This document shows, piece by piece, positions 12,229 to 24,600 of a stretch of 64,000 nt of DNA (its first letter is position 1; every line of letters starts with the position of its first letter). Where the stretch lies: assembly GCF_036321535.1 (NCBI RefSeq), contig NC_087436.1, forward strand, positions 78,866,001 through 78,930,000, given 5' to 3'. The notes under the pieces are model-generated. The model did not search any database. It had not been told where the DNA came from and saw nothing but the letters and a program-made list of their open reading frames with translations. Both the position numbers and the translations under genes were made by a program. Source of the DNA: Camelus dromedarius. Lineage: Eukaryota.

Positions 12229-13756
12229 AAGAGAAAGCATTTTAAACACACCATCGTCTTCTTGAATACAAAAAGCATGACTCTTGAAAAACTGCTCCTT
12301 CTAGAGAAGGTTCCAGTCAAGAGCTTACAGTCTCCAAGCAAGTCAACCCTTCTGCTTGGGGTGTGTAGAAGGCCCTCCCTGCAGACCTGTCCACAACCAG
12401 ACTGGCATGCTCCACCCCCACCATGGTGTTCTAGTGCTTTTCAATTCCTTTCCTTTCACTTTCATTTTCAGCTGGATGACTGATATGTGGAGGACCAAGC
12501 CTGCCACTCTTGAGAGCTGAGGATGGCGGGTGTGGAGGATACAGCAGAGTTCTCCCCTGGGGGTGCCTTCTCCCCATAGCCAGCTGGTTGCAGCTGGAAG
12601 CAGAAATTATTCTGCCTTTGCCAGGAAGCTGAGGTGAGAAGGCTGCTGTCAGGCTGAGGCCTGGCACGTGTCCAGCCTGCTGAGGACAGCTCTGCTGCAG
12701 GGCTGGTAAGGGCACAGCAGGCCACCCGGAGAGAGCACCCGTTCCCTCCTCCCCCCTCTCCCCAGTGCAGAGGGACTTTCTCACAGCCTTCTGCCGTGAG
12801 CCACTCCAGGACAGGGCTTGGGGCTGCGAGAGTCCTGGAAGCAGCCACCATCACCGCGGCAACAACTACAGTACAGACCACATCCAGGGGCCCAGGATCG
12901 GGGACCTGATGTCACGTCCCAGCTCTGCGCTTGCAGCCTGAAGTGGAATTGTTATTTTCAGAGCTTATCTGCATCCTGCACGGAGCCTCTCCAGCTGCTG
13001 GGATGCAGCGTGGGTCTGATGAGCATGGATTCTTGGGTTTGGAGCCCTGGGCGGGGATCCCCCTTCACCCTCCACCTGCTAAGACAGAGAGTGAGCTGGA
13101 GAGAATTCAGACCTGTGAACCCGGCAGCCACACAACTGAAAGGATACTCAATGGGCCAATATACTCCTCACTCCCCTCCCTCCCCAGAAATAGGAAAATG
13201 ATTGCAGTTCCCAGTTTTTTTCCTCATTTATATAATCTCATCTATTACGTTGGAAAAGGCAAGCTGTCATCTGTGGATCAGACCAAGGTGCCCCCAGCTT
13301 TCGCCTCTTACAAGCCCAATTCCAGGCATGAATGTTGCAATGAGGGTCCCTCACTATCCTTCACCACTTCCATCTTTGCTCAAAGACCTTCTTCAGGGGA
13401 GGAAGATTCTTTTCTCTCCTCTCCTATTACTTCCAAAATCACCTGCGGTTTCTATCCACAGAGCCACTCATCCAGGTGTGTTTCTGTGCATATTCTGTGT
13501 TCAACATTTGCTAGCCCAAGTCTACTCACTGTTGGGTCTTCCCGTGGTTGAAACTTCACCACCTGTCAGGCTGAAAACTCAGGCCCTGGCGAGGTTCTAA
13601 GGCAGTATTTTTCACTGGTTATTGACAGCCCTGCAAACTAGGGCACAGCCCCCGGGTCCCCTGAATCTAGAAAGTGAATATATTCCAGGGACAGAGCTCA
13701 CGGAAAGAAATGGAACACCAGCTGCTAAGAGAGGGAGAGCTTCAGAATTCTCTTCC

Positions 13757-13830
13757 TCAGTGGTTCTCAAAGTGTGGTTCTCAGACCAGAAGCAGCAGTG
13801 GCACCAGAGCTTGTTAGAAGTGGCATTTAC
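13757..13830. mobile_element. MER5A-like fragment
   Basis: 'cagtggttctcaaagtgtggttctcagaccag...gcagtggcaccagagcttgttagaa'. Confidence 0.6.
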
Positions 13831-13889
13831 ATCCCCACCATCTAGGGAAAAGGGTGGAGCAGTGGTCCCCAAACACAGGCATGAAAGAT

Positions 13890-14095
13890 GACAGTGATGA
13901 TAAGGGCTAGCATTTATTAAGCACAGTCACTCTGCACCAGCCCCTGCTCTAAGGACTTTATAACACATTTACTCATCACAACATCTCTCTGAGGAGTTAA
14001 ATACTATTAACAATTCTGCAATTTTACAAATGAAGAAACCGAGAATCAGAGAGGTTAAGCAATGTGATGTAATCATACAGTAAATGACAGACAAC
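13890..14095 (-). mobile_element. MIR SINE
   Basis: 'gctagcatttattaagcac...attttacaaatgaagaaaccgagaatcagagaggttaagcaa'. Confidence 0.75.
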
Positions 14096-14209
14096 AGGTC
14101 AGGCTCCCCCCACCCCCCCACACACACCCCTTTACCTCACTCCTCACTCTGGCTTTGGTCTTCTCTTCCCAGAGCAAGGGCAAGCCAGGCCTGGACCACT
14201 GTCACGAGC

Positions 14210-14810
14210 TGGTACAGCTCAGGGGCCCTGAGGCTGCACTTTGGGCCAGCGGCATGGTTCCACCATGTCCTGAACTTGGACAAGTTACTTAGGTTTATGT
14301 GCCTGTTTCCTCGGCTATAAAACAGGGCTAATAACTGACTCCTTCCACCTCGTTGTGAAGGCAGTTGTGTGAAGTGGTAGCGGTTGGGAAGATTAAATAC
14401 TTTAACAGAATCTAAAAAAATGACACACATGAACTTATTTACAAATAGAAAGAGACTCACAGACACAGAAAATAAACTTAACAGCGATGAGGGGAGAAAG
14501 GGGGCGGGGAGGGATAAACTGGGAGTTTGGAACAAGCAGATACAAACTGCTATATATAAAATAGATAACCAGGTCCTACTGTCTAGTACAGGGAATTATA
14601 TTCAATAGCTTGTAACAGCCTATAATGAAAAAGAATATGAAAGGGAATGTATATCTGTAGAAATGAATCACTATGCTGTGAACCAGAAACTAACACATTG
14701 TAAATCAACTATACTTCAATAAAGAATGTTTTAATAAAAATAAATAAATAGGTTAATATATGCAAGCATGTCTGATGCACAGCACATGCTGAGTAAGGGT
14801 TACCTTATTA
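14210..14810 (+). mobile_element. MIR SINE split by an L1 insertion at ~14407-14750
   Basis: 'gaacttggacaagttactta...gtgcctgtttcctc' before the L1 and MIR tail 'atatgcaagcatg...cagcacatgctgagtaag' after it. Confidence 0.55.
14407..14750 (+). mobile_element. 5'-truncated lineage L1 3'UTR
   Basis: 'gaatctaaaaaaatgacacacatgaacttatttac...gggagtttgg...aaatcaactatacttcaataaa' plus A-rich tail. Confidence 0.88.
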
Positions 14811-15779
14811 ATATGAAGGCCTCCAATTTGTGGATGGAAAAAAAAAAGAAAAATATGAGAAAGGGAAGAGAGGGGAGAAAGAATTTGGAAACAAGAGGCT
14901 GAGAACCCTGTAACAACTTCTCAGGTAAACACTCACGAAGACCCCTGCCCGTTCTCTCGTGTGCTTGGGCAGCATGTGCTATGAAGCATCTTCTGGCCAC
15001 GTGAGGGTGGAAACGTGAATCTCTCCACGCTGGGACTCAGGTGCATAGTTAATCTTCCCGTGAAAGCAGATGGTGCTGAACCAGACCAATCACCCTCCGA
15101 CTTTAAGAACTGTCTGATGTAAGCAGAATTCTGTCAAAGTGCAGAGCTTCAGGTCTCCCTGCTGCTGCAAAGAAGCAAACATGTGTGGACCGGTGACATG
15201 TAGTGCCTGCTTCCACGTGTGCAAGGACAAAAAGAAAAAGCCACTATGAAATAAAACGACGCCTGTGTCTCAACCTTTAAGAACATCTAGCTACTTGGAG
15301 GAAATGTGTGACTATATTTTATTAGGATAATTGTTGCTGTTAGAGGTGGATAAGAGCAAAGACAACCCACAGAGGATGTCAAGCTTGTGGGGCAAGAAGA
15401 ATCGGACTAGAAGGAAAAGGAGGCCTCTAATGGGGAAACGTGGTGTTGGCTTAATCAAGGGGGAAATTCTTACAAGGGGAGAAAGGAGCCAACACTTGGC
15501 CTCCCTCACTTCCCAAAAAACCCCAAACAGTGCAAGACCAGATCCCAGGAGGAAAAGCTCTGGCATCAGAGGAGCCGACCCAGACAGTCAACCCAACATG
15601 ACTTTCTCCTGCAGCCACTCAAGGCTCTTGGTAATCACACGCTCCCTCTGCATAATCAGCAGAGAAGTTGTGCAGCCCCGAGAGGGCACTTCTGTGCTGG
15701 TCCTGCTCGTGGGTACGATCTGTGAGGCTGTCACAAACAAGATGGAGGTAGAAGGGTCTACCCCTTTTCTGTCTTCGAT

Positions 15780-16500
15780 AAATTACAATATATAGTTCAG
15801 TGTACATAACTGTGTTTTTAACCAAGTTTGTAATGAGCGATTAAATACTAACACCAAAACAACCGAAGGATCAGATTCACTTCTCATCCTGCCGCGTAAT
15901 AAAACTGAGTCATCTCTTTTTAGCTTTATTGCTGTTTGGGCATTTTTTTTAATATACCCATAGTCAACATCCATAAAATTTCAGCTCAAGGTATTTTCAC
16001 TTAGCATTATTTTCTATCAGCTTTTCTATCTGTTTTCATAATACACAAATTTATCATTTTTTAATCATTCTTATCATTCTTAATAGTAATATTATATTTC
16101 ATTATTACACCATAGTTTGTTTTAATCTTATAGTTTTTAGGTATGTTTCTATTTTTCTTTTTTTCTGTTTTTTCCCTCTGTTTTCCTTCTTTTGAGTTAT
16201 TTCTCCAGGCTGTGGTCTCAAATGCATGTTTCCCAGGCCAAGGAGTGTGCTATCCCATGGCTCACTACCATTTGCCATGTTGCTTTCCAGAAATATTGGA
16301 CTAATTTATGTCAGGATGAGAAGACAGATTTCTCAACAGCCTGGCCAGATTTTAATTTTGTAATTATAATGTATTTTTACCAGTTTAACTGGCTTTGCCT
16401 GATTTTGTGCTTTTAAGTTCCCACGATTACTAGGGAGGCTGAATCCTTTTCTACGGGTTTGTTTTCTTCTGTGAATGACATGTTCAGATTTTCTTGACCA
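15780..16500 (-). mobile_element. Highly degraded ancient L1 (L1ME-like) fragments
   Basis: T-rich tract with antisense L1M motifs ('ttgccatgttgctttccagaaat', 'gattactagggaggctgaatcctttt', 'ttcttctgtgaatgacatgttcaga'). Confidence 0.4.
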
Positions 16501-17069
16501 AGAATATGGTAGAAATAGTATTGCTCCTATGAATTTGGTTCTGTTCCCAGAGATTCTGGATGTTCATTTTTTGTTTTATCCGTCCTATTTCTCACAATCT
16601 CCCCCCTAAGTCACTTTGACTCAAGAAAGTTTTGCTCAGTGGACACAGGGCCCACTCAGGTGGAAGATCATCAATTCAGCTCAGATTCCTGGCGCTCTGT
16701 TTACTGGTGGCTGCACACAGTAATCCCCTCATAAATTTTCCTGAAGGCAGCCTGATTTTTGAGTCCCCCAGCTCCCTAATGAACTGTACTCCCGATTTGT
16801 CAAATATACCCAGCAATTACTCAATGCTGTATCATGTGCTACTGGGGAAAAAAAAAATCAGGGGTGCTATTTTCATGCTTGCCTTTCTGGTCACCTCTGA
16901 TTTATATATATCGTGCCTTTCCAATAAGGCAGCATTTATATACTGTGATCTCCAAGCCTTCTACAACTCCTGGGTCAGTCTCTGGAAAGAGACTGAAGGA
17001 ACCAAAGTCAAGATGTTATATTATCAATGGCATACGGGATAGGATGTCATCAGTGATACACTGGGGTTG

Positions 17070-17347
17070 TGGACAAGGTCAAACAAGGTCATAGACAAGA
17101 CAAGATAAAATAAACAAACTGAAACAAAACGTAAGGATTTGAAAGTTATCATAGGTAATAACACTATATCGTATATTTGAAGTTGCTCAGAGTAGATCTT
17201 AAAAGTTCTCATCACAAGTAACTATGGGAGGTGATGGAGGTTAACTAGACTTGCTGTGGTGATTAGCAACACAGATGTAGATCAAATCATTACGCTGTTC
17301 ACCTAAAACTAATACAATATTATATGTTAATTATATCTCAATTTAAA
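17070..17347 (+). mobile_element. L1MA-type 3' end
   Basis: 'gtatatttgaagttgctcagagtagatcttaaaagttctcatcacaag...tatatgttaattatatctcaat'. Confidence 0.7.
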
Positions 17348-17349
17348 AT

Positions 17350-18067
17350 TTTTTATTGACGTATGGTCAGTTTACAGTGTTATAATTTCTGGTGTACAGC
17401 ATAATGTTTCAGTCATACAGATATATATATATTCCTTTTCATTATAGGTTACAAGATATTGCATATAGTTCCCTGTGCTATATACTAGAAACTTGTTGTT
17501 TATCTATTTTATATATATAGTTAGTATCTGCAAATCTCAAACTCCCAATTATCCCTTCCCATCCTCTTTCCCTTCTGGTAAGCATAAGTTTGTTTTCTAT
17601 GTCTGTAAGTCTCTTTGTTTTATAAATAAGTTCATTATATCTTTTTTTTTTTTTTAGTTTACACATGTAAGTGATATATGGTATTTTTCCTTCTCTTTCT
17701 GGCTTACTTCACTTAGAATGATGATCTCCAGTCCACCCATTGCTGCAAATGGCATTATTTTATTCTTTCTTATGGCTGAGTAGTATTCCATTCCATCTCT
17801 CTCTCTCTCTCTCCCTCTGTATATATATATATATATACACATATATACCACAGCTTCTTTTTCTAGTCATCTGTGGATGGACATTTGGGCTGTTTCCATG
17901 TCTTGGCTATTGTAAATAGTGCTGCTGTGAAAACTGGGGTGCATATATCTTTTCAAATTAGAGTTTCCTCCAGATATATGCCCAGGAATGGGACTGCTGG
18001 GTCATATGATAAGTCTATTTTTAGGTTTTTAAGTTATCTCCATACTGTTTTCCATAATGCCTGCACC
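17350..18067 (-). mobile_element. 5'-truncated lineage L1 3' end
   Basis: Antisense 'cttacttcacttagaatgatgatctccag...gctgagtagtattccatt...ttccatgtcttggctattgtaaatagtgctgc'. Confidence 0.9.
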
Positions 18068-18082
18068 AAGATTTTTTTTTGA

Positions 18083-18172
18083 TTAAAAAATATTTTATTG
18101 CTAAAAAATGCCAACCATCATCTGAGCCTTCAGGAGTTGTAATCTTTTTGTTGGTGGAGGGTCTTGAAATAT
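18083..18172. mobile_element. Tigger1-derived (Tc1/mariner) fragment
   Basis: 'ttttattgctaaaaaatgccaaccatcatctgagccttcaggagttgtaatctttttgttggtggagggtcttg' matches the remembered Tigger1 subterminal sequence. Confidence 0.75.
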
Positions 18173-19029
18173 TTCAAACCCTCCACCAGGTGCACACACT
18201 CACAGGCATATCCATAACTTTCCAAGTGCAAGAGTCTTATTTCATTTCTTAAGCAATCACATGGGGTTTTTTTTGCTGAGAACTCTGTGCCCCTCCCCTT
18301 CATGGCCTCATGTCATCCCAATGTCTCAGCAAGGTCTTGAAATCTTGAAAGGTCAGAGCCCTTCAATCTGTGCTGATTCGGGTCACCGTTTCCTTGCGAC
18401 TTCCTTCGTCTCTTCTTTTTTTTTTTTAATTTTTTTTTTAATTTAAGTATTTGAAACGTGTGATAGAATGGACACAAGGTCAATTTAATTAGCTCAAAGA
18501 ATACCCACTATCTAGAAATATATCTCCCTTTTGCAGGCATCACCCAAAATTATAAAACTACAACAAAATCCAAGAACTGTATGAGAAATGCTAAACATTA
18601 CACAAATTATCTCATTAAAAATGGCCAAAAGACTTCTCTTTTTAAAAAAAGTCTCTAGTGTTCATTTCTTGGCCTTTTTTTCCCCCTTGCCTATAAGAGG
18701 GATCCCCCTTGGAGAAGGAGGCACCAGCACGCCTTCCCCCTTGCTCAATTCTTTCTTACTCACAAACTCAGACTAAACTTAGAGCCACATATCACCCCTC
18801 CCACCTCTCCATGCCCACTCCCCACTCCCTTACCCTCGCTAACTCCCAGCCACAACTTTGGTCTCTGGAAGGGCTCCTGATAGATGGTTTTAAAAAAAAA
18901 AAAGAAAACCTACTCTGAAGAGCTACATATCCAACTGGTGAGGAGAAGGGGCATTTCTCCACTGGACTAGACACAACTACCCTGCAGCTCCGCGTTACAG
19001 ATGCCGAAGAGCCGCCGTTGTCGGCACTT

Positions 19030-19200
19030 ACCGCTTAGAAGGGGCCAGCACCTAAGGTGAGCCCCGCATATGCCTAACTCATTGAATCCGCACCAACACT
19101 GTTACCCCATTGTACAGATGAGATGAAGTGAAATTTAGAAACATAGCCAAGATCACCTGCTCAGTAATAACAGAACTGGGCACTGACACGTAACATATTG
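19030..19200 (-). mobile_element. MIR SINE, degraded
   Basis: 'taactcattgaatccgcaccaac...ccccattgtacagatgagatgaa...gccaagatcac'. Confidence 0.55.
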
Positions 19201-21059
19201 CCTCTCACAGTATTGCCACTTTTTGATGATTTGTAATCAATTGTGGCTTTTTTCCACAAGTGTGTTATTTTTAACTCTTAAAAAAATACATTTCAATCTT
19301 ATCCCTACTAGTTCCCAATTGATGGTTCCTGGGAGGCAAAATACAAAAAGCCCCAGACTGTGACTTCCCAGGCAAATCGCAGTAAGCACCTGACCATCTT
19401 CTGTTCCTCACCAAGAGTTCCACAAGCAAGTCACCTTCCTCTCAACAGGCAAGTATCTGACACCACAAGAGGGGCTGGGGAAGAGAGCGTGAGAAGGAGC
19501 AAGATGGGAGGGTGGGAATCCCAGCACGGAATTCAAGAGACCTGCATTTCAGCCCTATTTCACCACTAACTCCCCTCTCTGGACCACAGGTTCCTCATAG
19601 GCAAAAGGAAACATCCCCTCCAGCTTTAAAAATCTAACGATTTATGAAGCCTGGTAGTGTCCTCACACTGGTGCCCGGAGGTGTAGACACAACACCCCCT
19701 GCTGGCAGCCTCTGGGCAGTGAGGCCGAGGTCACCGGCTCAGCTGGCTGGTCCTGCTGCAGAGGTGACCCAGCTGTGGGGACCGTGGGAAAGGACAGCAA
19801 ACGGGAAGGTGATTCAGGCTCACTCTCAATTCACCCTGGCCCCGCTCTGAAGTGTATACTGCTGTGTGTTTGCTGAAAGGAATGTGCTTAGCATTCACAT
19901 GGGCAAAGGTCTTAAAGGGGACAACAGGATTAGAGAATAATTTTAGTGGAGGTCAGGGACAGCTGGAAAGGCTTGTGCTCAGCCTTGCTGATAATGAAAA
20001 GCCATAATTTTTAAAAATGCTTTTTTTTTTAAAGCAAGAAATATTCTCTTCAAGGTAGGTATACATCTATTCTCTGAAAGTGAAAAATAAATTATTCTAT
20101 GGATTTTGTGTGTTTGATCAAAATATCAGGCAAGTAAAGGTTCTGAGCTTCCCCCTAAGGGTGCTTATCAGCCTCAGTACTCCGCTATCTGATCCTGCTC
20201 GCCCCGCCAGGCTGAAAACAAGCCCCGGGCACTTCATTTCTCATCTACCCCTCCAAGGTCTCCAGCCTCCACTCCCTTCCTCCTGTTCCTGGGGGAATCT
20301 GATGGGGAACACAGGCGTTTTCAACTTAGATGCTAGATAAACACACCTTAAGCGGTTGCATATTTTTAAAACACCATTTTAAACCATTTCTAAAAGCTTC
20401 AGAAACAGTTCTTACAACGACAAACCCTGACCCTTGAATCTGCAGCCCACAGCAGAGCAGAGCAATGGAATGATCAGCCCTCAGTCCCCTTGCTTCTTCT
20501 ACTCACCTCTTCCCCAAACCCCACAGCTGATGATGGGCTGTTTAGCCAGCACCCCACACCCCTCCTCAGTGTTGCTCACCTTCCCTGCAAGCACCAGGTC
20601 AGAGGAGAGAAAGGACGGGAGGGCAGGTGCGTATCCAAGGGGCAGGTAGAAGGAGAGGGCATCAGGGCAGGGTTTGGGTATTAGGGAGTCAGCGTCGGGA
20701 GACCATCCCACTGTGTCCACTGAAGCCAGGCCCCAAGAGGATCCAATCTGTGATGAAGTCCATTTTCACAGTAGGCTCCAGAAGGTCTCACTCCCCCAGT
20801 TTACACAAGGATATTGACCTGCTCATGCCTTCATGAACAGAAGAACCAGTCTGGCCTGTTCTCTAAACCCAGGGCTCACAGTGCCCATCCTGTGGTCCTT
20901 TCCCTCTGGGAATGTGTCCCCAAAGCCCATCACGGTGGGCTCTGCTCTATCTCCCCTTCTCCCAGTCTTTTCTCTTCCTTTCTACTCTTCCAAATGGAAG
21001 CCAAATAAAACCAATATAGATTCATTTTAATTCTTCCCCTAATCCTTTACTCCAAATGT

Positions 21060-21540
21060 GCTCAGAGAAAGTCTAGAACCAAAGCTGGCAGAGGCGGAAT
21101 TCTCCATAGTGAACTGACGAGAGGGGAAATCTGGACATGCTAAAGGCAGAGTCTTTTCCCCACCTCTTGAATCTAGGCTGGGCTTGTGATTATGCTTTGG
21201 GCATGTGTACAATGGTGACACCGTGTGACTTCCAGAGCCCAGGCCTCAAGAGGCCTTACCATTTCTGCTTAGGTCTCTTGAAATGCTGCCCAGATCACCA
21301 TGAACAGATGCTGGTTTAGCTTACCAGAGAGTGAAAAGCCCTGAGAAAGAGACCTGAGACGCCCAGCCAACAGTCAGAGCCAAGGGCCAGCCATGTAAGT
21401 GCGCAGCTGCAGCAGCCAGCCCAGATGAAGCCAGCAGAGAAGCAGCCCAGCCAACCCCTGGGATGAGGAGAAAGGATGTATCGCTGTTATTTTAAGCCAC
21501 TAAGTTTCGGGGTGTTAGGCAGTAATAGATAACTGAAATG
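21060..21540 (+). mobile_element. Old MLT1 (MaLR) LTR, partial
   Basis: 'gtgtgacttccagagcccaggcctcaagaggcctt...cccagccaac...gttattttaagccactaagtttcggggt...gtaatagataactgaa'. Confidence 0.7.
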
Positions 21541-21569
21541 TACACTTCTCCCCTTTTTTCTATTGTTTA

Positions 21570-22748
21570 TGTAATAAGATACTAGAATGGGAGTCTTTCT
21601 GCCTCTATTTGGAAAGAGGTACCAATAGATAGATACCTGATACCCACATGAATGCGAAAGAAACCCACTTACACAGAATTCACACAGGAAATTATCAAGA
21701 CATGGCTCCATCATTCTTGGATGCCTCATTCCGATTAAGGATATAAAAGGGAGGGAGGAGAGAGAGGTGAAGAGCTTTTTTGGAAAGAACTGTTAATGCA
21801 CTGTGTGTTCCCCCTAACACCCCCAAGGAAAGGGGGGAGAAGGCTGTACCCCGTTCATCTCAAGCCCAGTGAAGGGGGATTATGTGGACCACCTGGAGAA
21901 CTGTGGAGTACAGCTGGGAAACAGCACACATAAGGGGTCCTCGCTTCGCGCCTTCGGCACCCAGAGTGGGCTGTGGCAGTAGGATGGATGCTCCTGTGGG
22001 GTTTCCTGGGTAAACTATGCCTTGTGGACCGAATGTGGTCACTCAGAAGACACAGCTAGGGTGTAGTCAGCTTGGATCCTGTCTCATGAATCTCATAGGA
22101 TTCAGCAGCAAGAAACAGGAGGTGTGCACTGGATTGGTAGAGTCTTCGAAAGAAATCTCAAGGTATCTTCCAGAATAAAGATGTCCCATCCTCTGCCTGG
22201 AGAAGTGTGGGAGAGAGATGGCCAACACAGGGAGGTTTCTGAAAATCCCACCGCAATGCCCAAGTGAAAGGGGCCACGTCAAACACTGGCCCGGCTCAGA
22301 GAGTGGGAACCTATCTTTCTGATTCCCTTGTCCCCAACTCCCTACCTGCACACCCAGTCCTGGGCGATTCAGAAACTAGCCAGCAAACTGAGAATTGCAG
22401 GGAGGAAAAAGGCCTAAAAGCCTAAGGTGGAGACCACAGAAGCTGCCCTTTATCCACTAACCTTTCCCACAGGAGATCCCCAGCCTGAGACTTGAGAAGG
22501 GAAGGAGGGTTGACAATAAATCAAGTACAAAAGTTTAATTGTCACCTTGGGCTGAACATCCTAATTTCTGAATTGACAGAGTGCAACTCTGATGCAAGGA
22601 CTATTTCCTAAGAACGAGTTGAAAAGTCACAGGCCTGCTGAGTTTTCACATCAGTCGTCCCTTATTCAGTAAAACCTTAACGGGCAACAGGGGGAAGAAG
22701 AGTATTATTTCGACTGCATTGCTGTGTTTGTTGGACATGCTAGTTACA
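21570..22748 (+). mobile_element. Ancient Gypsy-like solo LTR (MamGypLTR/LTR85/LTR88 class)
   Basis: Starts TGTAA, ends TTACA, flanked by TTTA on both sides (21566-21569, 22749-22752); 3' part resembles remembered mammalian Gypsy-like LTRs. Confidence 0.6.
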
Positions 22749-22854
22749 TTTATTCTATTTACCATTTCTACAGAATATACTTTCTAAGACAAAAAGAAAT
22801 CCTCTTTGTGCAACTCTCTTTTCCCCTAGACAGTTACCCATATTTCTCTCTCTT

Positions 22855-22983
22855 TTTTAAATACATATGATTTATTTTTACTTTTTGTTCCCTCCTCACT
22901 TAATGGAAATACTGGGGATTGAACCCAGGACCTTGTGCACACCGAGCACGCCCTCTACCACTAAGCTATAGTCCAGACTCCCC
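22855..22983 (-). mobile_element. Camelid tRNA-Ala-derived SINE (Vic-1 type), diverged
   Basis: 'tactggggattgaacccaggaccttgtgcac...ctctaccactaagctata' preceded by a T-rich tail. Confidence 0.8.
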
Positions 22984-24184
22984 TACCTGTGCTTCTCTTT
23001 GCTCACATTATCCTCCCACTCATACAAACTAGGTGATCTTATAACTTATCTCATCGCATGATTACATTTCTCCAGATCCAGAAAGTCCCTGTCTGCTCCT
23101 CATCATTTACAACACGGCAGCTACTGAGGCTGTGAACTTGGAAATAGCTTTCCCCTATTTCTTGGGGAGGTGCTGAAGGCCTTGGCAGGCTTTATCCCCG
23201 TGACCGTGGGAAGAGGTCAGGACAAGTGTCTCTTAGCTTCAGGTCAGGCTGACTTGTCTAGAATGCAAGACTTCATCCTGGCTACCTGCCTAAGAGCTTT
23301 CAAAGACTGAAATCTGTAGGTGAGTTTTTGGACTTCATGCCGGGAAGTTGAAATCTAATAGAGAAAATGGGTTGGCAAAACCTATATCTGAACTTCCAGC
23401 AAGGAAATTTTTATAAATAAAAGATGCAATCAATTATTTAGCATAACCAAACATGCTTGAAGAATTCAGGTATCACTTGCTAGTTCTCCAGAATTTAATG
23501 CATAATCACAGAGATGCATAATACATGCAGACCTGGCCCCACTGGATACCATCTTCCAAGAGAGACTGGCTGGAGCGAGAGGGAAGGGGGATCGCATTTC
23601 AATCAATTATTTGCAGGCTATGTGCTGCATTTATTCATGTTGCATAATAAAGCTGAGGTGGGAAAGCATCAATTTCTTTTCTGTGAAAAGATATGTGAGT
23701 CAATGAGGACACATATTAGATGAAGAACCAGGGCGCAGAGCTCTGTTTCTGACTGTGGAACAAATGATGCTCAGTGCCTCGTAAGCTAAAATCACGCCCC
23801 TGCAGGCCCTCCTCGATGCTGGGAATCACCACCCCAGGAAGAAATCTTGCAGGCTGTCCTACAAAAGACATCACGGGGCATACCTTGAAGATTTTGTCAA
23901 GGTCCAGGGCACAGCCCTCAGCCTCCCTGGCACTGATGTCTGGTTCGGTGACTCCATGTCTCAAAAACCCATTTCTTGGGGGCAGATTCACATTATCCAG
24001 CCTCACAGCGTAAGCCAGACAGCTTACGAATTTGAGAGGATACACGACATCTACATAACCAATGAATTCTTTCCCTGCAGACAGACCTCTACGGAGGCCA
24101 AATCCTAAGCACTGGGTTACTGGGTGCACATGGCATCCGAACAAGGAAAGACATGAATGGAATGTTTAGGCTAGAGAAGGTCTA

Positions 24185-24325
24185 GCCAATGGTTTTCAAA
24201 CTTTGGTCAGTACCCATTAGAGCTGTGAAATCACTTCACAAGTCACATCCAGACAACATTTAAAATAATAAAAATAGAATACAGAGTAGAATAGAAGCTA
24301 TCAAGAGTACTGCATGTAATGGAGG
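24185..24325 (+). mobile_element. hAT-Charlie-type MITE, partial
   Basis: 'caatggttttcaaactt...acccattag...gtgaaatca...aatagaata...tatcaagagt'; related inverted copy at 29120-29350. Confidence 0.5.
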
Positions 24326-24334
24326 GAGGTAAGA

Positions 24335-24600
24335 GGCAGTAAAGAGAGGTGGTGAAGAGGACAGGCACTAAATGCAGCCTACGTAGGATCAAATCTTGGC
24401 TTGGCCAGATACTAAGTATACCACCCTGGGCAAATCACTGAATCTATGCTTTCGTGTCTTTGTATTCAAAATGCGAATGATAACGGTACCAACCTCCTAA
24501 GGTTGTTGTGAAAATTAAATGACTTAATACCTATAAAGGGCAGAGAACCGTGCCTGGCTCACAATAAGTACTGTATGAGTTTTCATTATTAGTAAGAATT
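24335..24600 (+). mobile_element. MIR SINE
   Basis: 'ccctgggcaaatcactgaa...aggttgttgtgaaaattaaatgacttaatacctataaag...gaaccgtgcctggc'. Confidence 0.75.

Noticed and set aside
12931..13551. Longest ORF in the track (206 aa)
   Set aside because: Non-ATG start, Ser/Pro-rich composition typical of chance ORFs, no recognisable domain, several overlapping ORFs of similar quality
19020..19040. Consensus minus-strand splice donor (CG|GTAAGT)
   Set aside because: Falls at a MIR tail and has no convincing partner acceptor
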